64,000 nt of DNA from Acidobacteriaceae bacterium (lineage in GTDB: Bacteria > Acidobacteriota > Terriglobia > Terriglobales > Acidobacteriaceae). The stretch spans positions 435,626-499,625 of the forward strand of contig OZ255717.1 in NCBI GenBank assembly GCA_965277145.1, in the 5' to 3' direction. The position numbers and the translations under genes were made by a program. The notes below the pieces were generated by a model. That model made no database searches. It was not told the DNA's origin and was given only the letters and a program-made list of their open reading frames with translations. Positions 19,298-28,653 of this stretch are shown one piece after another; within the stretch, counting starts at the first letter, position 1; every line of letters starts with the position of its first letter.

Positions 19298-20974
19298 CTA
19301 CTTCGGCCCAGCACCCTCCTCCGGCTTCGTCGAGGAGTCAGCTCCCGTACCCGTCCCATACAGCGTAGGCTTCGATCGACGCTCCCCCGGCAAAGCATCT
19401 CCAGCCGGGCTCGGCGCCGCCCCATCCGCCTTCGCCGACGCCGCCGCCCCATCCGCCTTCGCCGCGCCATTCCCCACCGCCGCGTCCGCAGCGCCCTCCT
19501 CCTTCGCGTCTTCGGCGCTCTCCTGCTTCTCATCCGCCGTCTCCGCCAGCTCCTTTCGCCCCTTCCCATCGGCAGACGCTCTCTTCAGCCGCACCGGTCC
19601 CTCCGCCACCGCGGGCGCCAGAGCCGCCGCCTTCCGCAACGCGGCCTGCTCCGCACCCGAGATCGCCGGCAGCTTATAAATCTCGATCGCCTCGTTGTGG
19701 ATCACCGCCAACTGCAGCCCATCGGGCGAAAGATCGAAGTTCTGCCCCGCCCTCTGCACCGGCCCACACTCCGCATGCAAAATCTGCCGGCCGCTGTCGT
19801 TGCTGTACACCGTCACCGTCTGGCCCGTCAGCAGATCCGGCGAAAATGAACTCATCTCCAAGAGCGCGGAGCTGACCAGAACCCGCCCTAAAGCAAACCG
19901 TCCCGCCGCGGGAGCCAGGCTGAACGACGGCGCAATGTAAGCCTCAGGAAACACCTGCTCCCACATCTCCTCGCCCCGCAGATTGAATCCGCCCATCACC
20001 TGCCGCTGATTCTCCCGCCGACACCCAATCGCCACAAACTCGCTTCGGCTCACCAGCACCGGCCGCGGCGGACACGTCGAATCAAACGGCGACAGCTCGT
20101 CCACCTTGCCCGAAAATTCGTCGTAATCAAACGCCCAATGCTGCCGTCCCTGGTCGATCATGTCAATCATCCCGGAGCCGTCGATGGGCAGCGCGACCGC
20201 CCCGTCCGCACGCACACCGCCCGCCGCTACAGGCCGGATCACGTCCATCTCGCGCTCCGGTTCGGGAGCCCGCAGCAGCCGGTAAAAACTGATCTGCACC
20301 GTCGCCGGCCGACGTTCAGTCTCAGACTTCATCCCCACCGCCGGTCCCGCCGCCTTCTCGGCCCCAACGACGTGCGGCATCGTCTCCAACGTCAGGAGAC
20401 TCCGATCCGGCGAAACAAGAATCGCCGCGATTCTTCGATCCGTGTGCAAGAGTGGCCGCTCCCGAAACGCATCGCCGGACTTCAAATTCACCAGCGGCAT
20501 CATCGTGCTCAGCCGATTCCCATTCCGCAGCAGATACGCCCCATCCCCCAGATCCCACAGATACTGCGCCCGGTCCCGCAACTGCCACTCCGTCCGCGCC
20601 AGCACATGCCCGGTCGGCAGCTCCAAGAGCACCGCCGCCGTCGTCCGGTCGTCATCCTCCGGCCGCCGGTCCGGCCGGCGCTTCAACAGACGATGCACCC
20701 CAAACGTCACCAGCAAATGCCGGTCGTCCACATAATGCACCGTAAACATCGTCCCGCCCGCCCCCAGGATCTGCTTGGAGATCGGCAAAAACCCAAAACT
20801 CGCGAGCGGCACACGCATCGGCGGATCCGGCCCACGACCCGACGCAAACGGCCCACACCAGCTCCACACGATCAGCAGCGTCAGAGCGCACACCCACGTC
20901 CGTGCCCCAGCTGGCGCGAGACGGCGCCCCAGAAGCAACGGTCGAAGACGAGGAATTGGACGGGGGCCAGGCAT
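19298..20974 (-). CDS. Exported hypothetical protein, possibly beta-propeller-like, with Ala/Lys/Glu-rich tail
   Basis: Long ORF with ordinary composition; putative start MPGPRP followed by a signal/TM segment; SPDRSLL and LSPDGLQLAV repeats hint at a propeller. Confidence 0.65.
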   Translation of the reverse strand: MPGPRPIPRLRPLLLGRRLAPAGARTWVCALTLLIVWSWCGPFASGRGPDPPMRVPLASFGFLPISKQILGAGGTMFTVHYVDDRHLLVTFGVHRLLKRRPDRRPEDDDRTTAAVLLELPTGHVLARTEWQLRDRAQYLWDLGDGAYLLRNGNRLSTMMPLVNLKSGDAFRERPLLHTDRRIAAILVSPDRSLLTLETMPHVVGAEKAAGPAVGMKSETERRPATVQISFYRLLRAPEPEREMDVIRPVAAGGVRADGAVALPIDGSGMIDMIDQGRQHWAFDYDEFSGKVDELSPFDSTCPPRPVLVSRSEFVAIGCRRENQRQVMGGFNLRGEEMWEQVFPEAYIAPSFSLAPAAGRFALGRVLVSSALLEMSSFSPDLLTGQTVTVYSNDSGRQILHAECGPVQRAGQNFDLSPDGLQLAVIHNEAIEIYKLPAISGAEQAALRKAAALAPAVAEGPVRLKRASADGKGRKELAETADEKQESAEDAKEEGAADAAVGNGAAKADGAAASAKADGAAPSPAGDALPGERRSKPTLYGTGTGADSSTKPEEGAGPK

Positions 20975-21207
20975 CCTCTTACCAACATAGACGTACACGG
21001 CCCCAGGATCGGTTTCACATCTCAAAATTCCCACCCAAAGAAGCATCTTCTCCGTATAGATAACCTTACTTGCGTACCCCACCGGCGCCAAACTCCGTGC
21101 ACATTTCCGGGCAGACCCGTACAGTGTGAAAAGGGACACACACGCTCGCCTCACCCCGAAGGTCTGCGTCCCACCATCAGATGACGGCTCACGGAGAACA
21201 GAAACGG

Positions 21208-23346
21208 ATGAAGTCTGGCGTTTGGAACGGCAAAGGGAAAAACTCAACAACCGCACTCACAGCGTCGCTCCTCCTTGGGGTCGGCCTCGCGATCGGCGCG
21301 TCCGCAATCCCAGCGGGCGGCCAGAGCCCGGCGGCTCCACCCAGCCCCACACCCCCGCCGCCACAGGTCTACCTCCCCATCCCCGGATTTGACCTCTCCT
21401 CCATCGACTCCACCGCGGACCCCTGCGTAGACTTCTACAAGTTCGCCTGCGGAAAGTTCGCCGCCAACCACCCCATCCCCGCCGATCAAACCGGCGTCGA
21501 CCAGTTCTACGCGCTCTACAACGTCAACACCCAGGCACTTCGCGGCATCCTCGAAAAAGCCGCCGCCGGCGGGCCCGGACGATCTCCCGACGAACAAAAA
21601 ATCGGCGACTACTACCACGCCTGCATGGACCGCGATGTCATCGAACGCAGAGGTCTCGAGCCCGTCCAGCCTCTGCTCGGCGAGATCGACGGCCTGGGCA
21701 ACAGCACGCTGGCTAAACTCAAACTCCCCGCCGTCATCGGTCGCCTCCAGCGCGACGGCGTGGACCTCTTCTTCAGCTACGGCGAGCAGCAGGACTTCAA
21801 GGACGCCTCCAAGCAGATCGCCGCCATCGGCCAGGGCGGCCTCGGTCTGCCGGAAAAGGACTACTACCTCCGCACCGGAGCCAAGGACGAGACCATCCGG
21901 CAGCAGTACGTCGCGCACGTCAGCAAGATGCTCACCCTCGCCGGATCCTCGCCCGAACAGGCCAACCGCGACGCCCAGGCCATTCTCCGACTTGAAACCG
22001 CCCTGGCCAAGGCCAGCCTCGGCGTCGTCGACCTCCGCGACCCCGAAAAGACCTACCACCTCGAGCCCGTCGCAACCTTTGAGGCGCGCCTCCACGGCGT
22101 CAACTTCGTCCAGTTCGCCGACGCCATCCACTCCCCGCACATCACCGAGATCGACGACCAGACCCCCGACTTCTTTCCCGCCCTCATGCGCGAGGTGCGC
22201 GACGCCGACATGGCGACGCTCAAGGCGTACATGCGCTACCACCTCCTCACCTCCGTCGCCAGCCAGCTGCCCAGGCGCTTCGACGAGGAAAACTTCGACT
22301 TCTACAGCCGCAAGCTGCGCGGTCAGCCGGAGCAGCCCGAACGCTGGAAACGCTGCTCCAACGCCGTCAACGGAGCTCTCGGCGAGGCGCTCGGAAAGAT
22401 CTACGTCGCCCAGTACTTCGCCGGCGACAGCAAACCCAAGATGCTCGAGATGGTCCACGACATCGAACACGCGATGGACGTCGACATCGACCACCTCGAC
22501 TGGATGAGCGCCGCCACCAAGGTCCGCGCCAAAGAGAAACTTCACGCCGTCGCCAACAAGATCGGCTACCCAGACAAGTGGCGCGACTACACCGCGCTCG
22601 AAATCAAGCCCGACGACGCGCTCGGCAACCTCGTCCGCTCCGATGCCTTTGAGAACGACCGGCAGCTCGGCAAAATCGGCAAGCCCGTCGACAGGGGCGA
22701 ATGGGGCATGACGCCGCCAACCGTCAACGCCTACTACGATCCCAGCATGAACGACATCAACTTTCCCGCCGGCATCCTCCAGCCATCCTTCTACGATCAA
22801 AAACAGGATGACGCCGTCAACTACGGCCACATCGGCGCCGTCATCGGACACGAACTCACCCACGGCTTCGACGACGAAGGCAAAAAATTCGACGCCAAAG
22901 GCAACCTGAATGACTGGTGGACGCCCGCCGACACCAAAAACTTCGAGGCCCGCACCGGCTGCCTCGTCGACGAGTACAGCGGCTTCACCGCGGTCGACGA
23001 CGTCAAGGTCAACGGCAAACTGACCCTGGGCGAAAACACAGCCGACAACGGCGGCCTCGTTCTCGCCTACATGGCCTACCTCGATCGCGCCAAAGCCAAC
23101 GGCGTCGATCTCGCCGCCAAAAAGGACGGCTACAACGCACCCCAACGCTTCTACATCGCCTTCGCCCAGAACTGGTGCGAGAACGAACGCCCCGAAAGCG
23201 TCCGCGCGCAAGTCCTCCAAGACCCGCACTCCCCTGACCACTTCCGCGCCGACGGAGCCATCGTCAACCAGCCCGGCTTCGCCGCCGCCTTCAGCTGCAA
23301 ACAAGGCGCACCCATGGTTCCGGTAAAAAGCTGCCGCGTCTGGTAA
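21208..23346 (+). CDS. M13 family zinc metallopeptidase (neprilysin/ECE/PepO-like)
   Basis: DPCVDFYKFACG, VNAYY, GHELTHGFDD (HExxH), GENTADNGG, DPHSP. Confidence 0.96.
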   Translation: MKSGVWNGKGKNSTTALTASLLLGVGLAIGASAIPAGGQSPAAPPSPTPPPPQVYLPIPGFDLSSIDSTADPCVDFYKFACGKFAANHPIPADQTGVDQFYALYNVNTQALRGILEKAAAGGPGRSPDEQKIGDYYHACMDRDVIERRGLEPVQPLLGEIDGLGNSTLAKLKLPAVIGRLQRDGVDLFFSYGEQQDFKDASKQIAAIGQGGLGLPEKDYYLRTGAKDETIRQQYVAHVSKMLTLAGSSPEQANRDAQAILRLETALAKASLGVVDLRDPEKTYHLEPVATFEARLHGVNFVQFADAIHSPHITEIDDQTPDFFPALMREVRDADMATLKAYMRYHLLTSVASQLPRRFDEENFDFYSRKLRGQPEQPERWKRCSNAVNGALGEALGKIYVAQYFAGDSKPKMLEMVHDIEHAMDVDIDHLDWMSAATKVRAKEKLHAVANKIGYPDKWRDYTALEIKPDDALGNLVRSDAFENDRQLGKIGKPVDRGEWGMTPPTVNAYYDPSMNDINFPAGILQPSFYDQKQDDAVNYGHIGAVIGHELTHGFDDEGKKFDAKGNLNDWWTPADTKNFEARTGCLVDEYSGFTAVDDVKVNGKLTLGENTADNGGLVLAYMAYLDRAKANGVDLAAKKDGYNAPQRFYIAFAQNWCENERPESVRAQVLQDPHSPDHFRADGAIVNQPGFAAAFSCKQGAPMVPVKSCRVW

Positions 23347-23427
23347 GCATTCTGTTCCCTGATTGCCCCCGCTTACAGAGCATCTCGCGCGGCCCAGAAC
23401 TTCTACCCCATATGAGAGGATTTCTGT

Positions 23428-23670
23428 ATGAGTGATTTCGTCCCGAAAGCAGGCAAACTCCCCGCTGTAGGCAACATCCCCGGCGGAGGCAAGATCAAGA
23501 TCGGCGGTCTAGGCCGAGCCGCCCAAAAAGCCCAAGCCATGCGCGAAAAAGCCGCACAGGTCCAGAGCGGCGAAAAACCCACCGCCAAAGTCTCCACCGC
23601 CGCCTCCTTCAAGGCAAAAGACTCCTTCGCCAACACCAAAAAAACAACCTTCCAACGCAAAGCAGTCTAG
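23428..23670 (+). CDS. Small basic Lys/Ala-rich hypothetical protein (80 aa)
   Basis: GAGGA Shine-Dalgarno 7 nt before the ATG; fills the gap between genes; protein-like composition. Confidence 0.65.
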   Translation: MSDFVPKAGKLPAVGNIPGGGKIKIGGLGRAAQKAQAMREKAAQVQSGEKPTAKVSTAASFKAKDSFANTKKTTFQRKAV

Positions 23671-23746
23671 CCGGCAGAGACGAATTCCCCGCAAATGCGC
23701 TGCACATATTGCCGGGCGTAGGGCAAACTTCGCCTATAGACTCGCT

Positions 23747-24400
23747 TTAGTTCGCCAAGCAAGCATGACACGCAACTTCCGTGCTGCGAGCCCGGCAGGC
23801 ACCCATGAGTGCTTCTTTTGATTGCTGCGGTCGCATCTCTCGCAAGGCCTTGCATAACTCGGTAGACTCTGGATGCTCTACGGCCGGTTCATGGAAGACC
23901 ACATGCTTGTCTCTGACTACATGAACACTAGGCCCATCCTGGTCGGCACGAAGCTCTACAGCGTCATCATGCCAATGCAATCTCATAACAGAACCCGCTC
24001 CGGGGCCAGCGAGGAATTCGGCGGTTTGGCCAGTACGGTTATCCAGAGTCAGGCCTACATTGCCGGAGCCGAATGTCACGTAGCCACTCCGCTCCTGGCC
24101 CGTATTGTCGTAGAGGAGAATGCCGGCAGCACTATCGCCCCTCGGATGCGTTCTACCCCCAAAAACGGCATCTGGAAGGTTCCCACCAATTCGTGCGCGT
24201 ACGACCCCTTTCGCATCAATGACCGCGAGCTCAGAGACTGTGAGTGTCTTCGGTCCTTCATGTTCCTGAGCCTTGACCGTCGTCCAGGCACGATGGCCGA
24301 AAACCATGTCCCCGAGAAGCAGTACCAGAACAAGTACGTTGACGACCATCAACACTCTATAGCGTCGTTCCAGACTAGAATTGCGGTCGATCTCAGGCAT
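23747..24400 (-). CDS. Membrane-anchored hypothetical protein
   Basis: Single N-terminal TM (VLMVVNVLVLVLLLGDM), beta-rich body, Cys-rich C-terminus. Confidence 0.65.
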   Translation of the reverse strand: MPEIDRNSSLERRYRVLMVVNVLVLVLLLGDMVFGHRAWTTVKAQEHEGPKTLTVSELAVIDAKGVVRARIGGNLPDAVFGGRTHPRGDSAAGILLYDNTGQERSGYVTFGSGNVGLTLDNRTGQTAEFLAGPGAGSVMRLHWHDDAVELRADQDGPSVHVVRDKHVVFHEPAVEHPESTELCKALREMRPQQSKEALMGACRARSTEVACHACLAN

Positions 24401-24481
24401 GCTGTCTCCGGTAAGGTGGGCATCGGCAACCTATCGTACGCGAGTGGCGCGGACACGCCACGACGTCTAAGGTAACTCCGT

Positions 24482-25528
24482 TTGCGTGACTGCATGCGAC
24501 AACACCGCCCCAGGGCACAAAGCCCCAACCCAAGTACAGTAAAAGGTCAGGCAGTACCTCCGCCTGAACGGGAGCCAACCCTGACCAAAACGCACCCCCA
24601 TCGAGCCCTCGGCTTCGCCGCCTGCGCGCTGGCCAGCTCCTTCTGGGGCTGCGGCTTCTTCTTCGGCAAAATCGCCCTCCGCGAGATGAGCTCGGCCGAC
24701 ATGGTCCTCTTCCGCTTCATCTTCGCCGTCCTTGGCCTCTCGCCTCTGCTCTTCACCCATCGGCCAAGCTTCAGCCGCCGCGACTGGGCCACACTCACCC
24801 TCGCGTCCTTTCTCGGCGTCCCCCTCCAGTTCCTCATCCAGTTCCACGGCCTCACGCTCACCACCGTCTCGCACGCCTCTCTAATGGTCGGCACCATGCC
24901 CGTCATCCTCGCCGTCGGCGCAACCCTCTTCGCCGGCGAGCGCCTCGACCCCATCGGCTGGGCAGCCCTCGCCGCATCCACCGCCGGAGCCTGCCTGATC
25001 GCGCTCGCCGGCCGCCACACCACCCGCACCGGCGGCGGACCATCCCTCACCGGCGATCTCCTCATCGTCCTCTCCCTCGGCATCGCCCTCTTCTGGATCC
25101 TCCTCAACAAGCGCCTGATGCAGCGCCACAATCACATCGTCGTCACCGCCTACGGTCTCCTGATCGGCACAGCCATGCTCCTGCTATGGGTTCCGCTCAC
25201 CTCCGGCCCACCTCCACTTCGGCACGTCTCAGCCGAGGCCTGGGCCGCCCTCGCCGCCAGCGGCATCCTCTGCACCGCCATCACCACACTGCTCTGGAAC
25301 TGGGGCATGACCGAGGTCCCCGCCTCCCAAGCCGGCGTCCTGCTCAACATGGAACCCCTCGTCGGCAGCCTCCTCGGCATCTCAGTCCTCCACGAACACC
25401 TCGGCCCCTCCGCCTGGGCCGGCGGCCTCCTCATCCTCGTCGCCGCCATCACCCTCACCACCCGTCGCCAGACCGGCACCGCTCCCGAACCGGACGACGG
25501 CGCCGGGGAACAAACCGTCATCGCGTAG
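24482..25528 (+). CDS. EamA/DMT family transporter
   Basis: Ten hydrophobic helices in two repeats; AGVLLNMEPLVGSLLG...LHEHL. True start probably downstream of 24482. Confidence 0.9.
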   Translation: MRDCMRQHRPRAQSPNPSTVKGQAVPPPEREPTLTKTHPHRALGFAACALASSFWGCGFFFGKIALREMSSADMVLFRFIFAVLGLSPLLFTHRPSFSRRDWATLTLASFLGVPLQFLIQFHGLTLTTVSHASLMVGTMPVILAVGATLFAGERLDPIGWAALAASTAGACLIALAGRHTTRTGGGPSLTGDLLIVLSLGIALFWILLNKRLMQRHNHIVVTAYGLLIGTAMLLLWVPLTSGPPPLRHVSAEAWAALAASGILCTAITTLLWNWGMTEVPASQAGVLLNMEPLVGSLLGISVLHEHLGPSAWAGGLLILVAAITLTTRRQTGTAPEPDDGAGEQTVIA

Positions 25529-25639
25529 AGCGGTTTCCTGCAGGTGGATAGCGAAGAAACAGGTCTCATGGCCGTTTTCCCCAATGAAAACGGCACTCTC
25601 ACACTCTATCCGACTTACAGCAACAGGAAAACCGCTCTA
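25526..25639. mobile_element. 114-bp TA-flanked MITE
   Basis: Ends TAGAGCGGTTTCCTG (25526-40) and CAGGAAAACCGCTCTA (25624-39) are inverted; internal hairpin GCCGTTTTC/GAAAACGGC; partial second copy at 28192-28272. Confidence 0.8.
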
Positions 25640-25690
25640 GAACCTCCTCAGACCCGCTCTCATCCGCGCAAGTTGGCGCGGAGCAAGGTG

Positions 25691-25702
25691 GTGTATATAC
25701 AC
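25691..25702. promoter_or_regulatory. Putative toxin-antitoxin operator
   Basis: Perfect 12-bp palindrome GTGTATATACAC ending 8 nt before the brnT ATG. Confidence 0.6.
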
Positions 25703-25709
25703 TAGTCAT

Positions 25710-26006
25710 ATGGACGTGTTCTCGACGTTGGACGGGCAAAGCTTCGTCTGGGACAGCGAGAAGGCCGCAAAGAACCTCTTGCGTCATCACGTCCGGTTTG
25801 AACAGGCCAGGGAGCCGTTCTTGGATCCTTTGGCCTGCTACGACGACACCGGCCCGCCGGAAGAAGCTCGGCAGGCATGCATCGGCCTGACGGTCGGCTA
25901 TCGGCTCTTGTATGTCGTCCATGTAGTCCGGGAAGGCGATGGAATCCGCATCATCTCCGCGCGGGTCGCGGAGCCGGCGGAAAGGAAACGCTATGAAGAT
26001 GGCTGA
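25710..26006 (+). CDS. brnT: BrnT family type II toxin (RNase)
   Basis: FVWDSEKAAKN..RHHVRFEQA, LLYVVH, IRIISAR...ERKRYE. Confidence 0.92.
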   Translation: MDVFSTLDGQSFVWDSEKAAKNLLRHHVRFEQAREPFLDPLACYDDTGPPEEARQACIGLTVGYRLLYVVHVVREGDGIRIISARVAEPAERKRYEDG

Positions 26007-26298
26007 ACGCATTCGACGCAACATGCAACCAAACAAACCGATGACTCTGATTTCGCTTCGGCTCCCCGACCATGTGATCGACGATCTAAAGGAGATCGCA
26101 CCGGGGCTCGGCTTCGGAGGGTATCAGGCGCTGATACGCGCCTATATCTCAAACGGTCTTCGTCAACATCTGGCTCAAAACGAAACCGCCCGGCCAAAGG
26201 ACAGCACGGTCGAGGAACTGAGCCGCAGACTTATAGCTCACGGCGTTCCCGAGCAAGCGATCCGCAAAGCCGTCGCTGAGATGGGCGCCTCAAGCTAG
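25993..26298 (+). CDS. Putative cognate antitoxin, ribbon-helix-helix (BrnA/CopG-like)
   Basis: Overlaps the toxin 3' end; LISLRLPDHVIDDLK...GYQALIRAYI RHH pattern. Confidence 0.8.
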   Translation: MKMAERIRRNMQPNKPMTLISLRLPDHVIDDLKEIAPGLGFGGYQALIRAYISNGLRQHLAQNETARPKDSTVEELSRRLIAHGVPEQAIRKAVAEMGASS

Positions 26299-26415
26299 GG
26301 CTCGTTCCTTGCATCCAGACTTACGTCGGACCGTTTCGGTCAGGTCCGCGTTCAATCTCAGCTTCTGGTGGTTTTCCACTCGACAAGACCCATCGCCACA
26401 CCGCACCGCACGCCC

Positions 26416-27861
26416 ATGAACCACGTCCTGCTCGTCGACGACGAAGCCGAAATCCGCGAGTCGCTCTCCCTCATCCTCTCCGAGGAGGGCTACACCGTCA
26501 CCACCTCGGCCACCGCCACCGAGGCCATCGCCCTGCTCCGCGACGCCTCCTACGACGTCGTCCTGCTCGATATCTGGCTGCCCGATGGCGACGGCCTCGA
26601 CACCCTCGCCCAGATCCGCACCCTCGACCCCACCTCCATCCCCGAAGTCATCATCATCTCCGGTCACGGCACCATCGAGGCCGCCGTGCGCGCCACCAAA
26701 CTCGGCGCCTACGACTTCCTCGAAAAACCGCTCTCCCTCGACCGAACCCTCATCGTCCTCAAAAACGCCATGCGCGCCCGCCAACTCCGCGAAGACAATC
26801 AGGAGTTCGCCCGGCAGCTCCTCAAAAACGCCATCACCGGCCAAAGCGTCTCCATCAAAGCCCTCCGCCAGCAAATCAAACTCATGGCCCCCACCAACGG
26901 CCGCGTCCTCATCTTCGGCGAGTCCGGCACCGGCAAAGAGCTCATCGGCCGCGCCATGCACGCCGAATCGCTTCGCCGCGATCGACCCTTCGTCGAACTC
27001 AACTGCGCCGCCATCCCCGAAGACCACATCGAGTCCGAACTCTTCGGCTACCGCCACGGAGCGTCGCCCGCCGGCAACTCCGCCCCACCCGAGAAGCGCG
27101 GAACCTTTGAACGCGCCGACGGCGGAACCCTCTTTCTCGACGAGGTCGGCGACATGAGCCTCAAAACCCAGGCCAAAGTCCTCCGCGCCCTCGACGAACA
27201 GCGCTTCCTCCCCGTCGGCGCCTTGCACCCCGTCCACGTCGACGTCCGCGTCATCGCCGCCACCAATAAAGACCTCGAAGAAGAGATCTCCCGCGGCAAC
27301 TTCCGCGAAGACCTCTTCTACCGACTCAACGTCATCCCCTTCTTCGTCCCTCCACTCCGCGACCGCAAGGAAGATATCCCCCTCCTCGTCCGCGAGTTCC
27401 TCACCGAGTTCGGCAAGGAGTACGGCCGACAGCACGTCGAAATCTCCGACGACGCCCTCGCCGCCCTCCGCCAGTACAGCTGGCCCGGCAACGTCCGCGA
27501 ACTCCGCAACCTCGTCGAACGCGTCCTCATCCTCAACCCCCGCGCCCAAAGAATCGACCGCAAACACCTCCCCATGCTGGTCTACCGCGAATCCCGAGAC
27601 ATCCGCGACTCCCGAGACATCCGCGATACCCGAGACATCCGCGATACCCGATCCGATGCCCCCCGCCTCCCTCTACGCCCCACCGCCCGCGACGACTTCA
27701 GCACCCTGCTCGAAGCCCGAGAAGCCTACGAGCGCGACTACATCCTCAAAAAAATCGACGAACACCGAGGCAACATCACCCGAGCCGCCGAATCCCTAGG
27801 CCTAGAACGCTCCCACCTCTACCGAAAAATGAAAGCCCTAGGCGTCACCGTCAAGGAATAA
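26416..27861 (+). CDS. NtrX/NtrC-like response regulator (REC, AAA+, Fis-HTH)
   Basis: VLLVDDE, LLDIWLP, GESGTGKEL, GTLFLDEVGDM, FREDLFYRLNV, WPGNVRELRN, AAESLGLERSHLYRK. Confidence 0.93.
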   Translation: MNHVLLVDDEAEIRESLSLILSEEGYTVTTSATATEAIALLRDASYDVVLLDIWLPDGDGLDTLAQIRTLDPTSIPEVIIISGHGTIEAAVRATKLGAYDFLEKPLSLDRTLIVLKNAMRARQLREDNQEFARQLLKNAITGQSVSIKALRQQIKLMAPTNGRVLIFGESGTGKELIGRAMHAESLRRDRPFVELNCAAIPEDHIESELFGYRHGASPAGNSAPPEKRGTFERADGGTLFLDEVGDMSLKTQAKVLRALDEQRFLPVGALHPVHVDVRVIAATNKDLEEEISRGNFREDLFYRLNVIPFFVPPLRDRKEDIPLLVREFLTEFGKEYGRQHVEISDDALAALRQYSWPGNVRELRNLVERVLILNPRAQRIDRKHLPMLVYRESRDIRDSRDIRDTRDIRDTRSDAPRLPLRPTARDDFSTLLEAREAYERDYILKKIDEHRGNITRAAESLGLERSHLYRKMKALGVTVKE

Positions 27862-27869
27862 CGGCCAGA

Positions 27870-28307
27870 TGTGGCGTTTCAACAGGTCGTTTCCCATTCA
27901 GACCAGCGCGGAAGGTGCTTCTGATCGGGCAGGACGGCGACGCAGCTGAGGCGGCTTGGTCGTCGATCGCGATGTGGAGACACTCGTAGCTGGCGCCGCG
28001 GGTCTCGCGGGTGCGGTCGACATGGAGGCGATGGCCGGGTTTTCGATGCGCGCCAGGGCGTTTGATGTCGAAGTGGATTAGGTCGCCAGGCCTGCGATGC
28101 TCGTACCGAAGCACGGGCGGCGGGGGGGAGGGCAGACGCTGGAGACGGTTCATGCCGTTCCGCCTGAGTATGCGGCTGACCGTGGCCCGGCACAGGTCTC
28201 ATGGCCGTTTTCCCCAATGAAAACGGCACTCCCACACTCCATCCGACTCACAGCAACAGGAGAACCGCTCTAGTGTCCTGAGTCCAATGTTCCTTGAGTA
28301 AATAACA
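27870..28307 (-). pseudogene. IS481-family remnant, internally deleted and frameshifted
   Basis: Minus strand reads RATVSRILRRNGMNRLQRL, RYEHRRPGDLIHFDIK, GASYECLHIAIDD and terminal GNDLLKRH; TGT ends at 27870 and 28307. Confidence 0.8.
28192..28272. mobile_element. Truncated copy of the 25.5-kb MITE nested in the IS481 remnant
   Basis: ACAGGTCTCATGGCCGTTTTCCCCAATGAAAACGGCACTC...AACCGCTCTAG near-identical to 25559-25640. Confidence 0.85.
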
Positions 28308-28653
28308 GGAGAGGTCTGATCAAGTCTGCTCCGTCATAGGTCTGCTCTTCTCGTTGTCATCCTTAGCGAAGCGAAAGACCCCTGTAATTGCCCTCACCCC
28401 TCTTGTTGTTATTCCCGAAGTGAATCTGCTTCCGCCTTCGCGAGTTTCACCGCCGTCATCCTGAGCGAAGCGAAGGACCCCTTGTCCTGGCGCTCGCCTT
28501 TCTAGTTGTCGTTCCAAGAGGGCATCTGCAGTTGCCCTTCCCCTTCTTGTCGTCATTCCCAGCGGGAACCTGCAGTGCCCTTGCTTTCTCGGTCGTCATT
28601 CGGTGAGGGAATCTGCAGTTCTTTTCGGGCGGCAGATGCTTGCGAGCACTTAT
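28308..28653 (+). repeat. Six-unit REP-like tandem array with conserved caps
   Basis: Units at 28356(B), 28408(A), 28455(B), 28508(A), 28552(A), 28595(A); left cap GGAGAGGTCTGATCAAGT, right cap GGCGGCAGATGCTTGCGAGCACT. Confidence 0.85.

Noticed and set aside
21244-23304. 686-aa minus-strand ORF
   Set aside because: Antisense shadow of the M13 peptidase; V/G/E-rich composition reflects the C-rich plus strand.
28356-28620. CRISPR array
   Set aside because: Two alternating degenerate repeat types, short mutually similar pyrimidine-rich linkers, dispersed copies elsewhere and no cas genes in the window.
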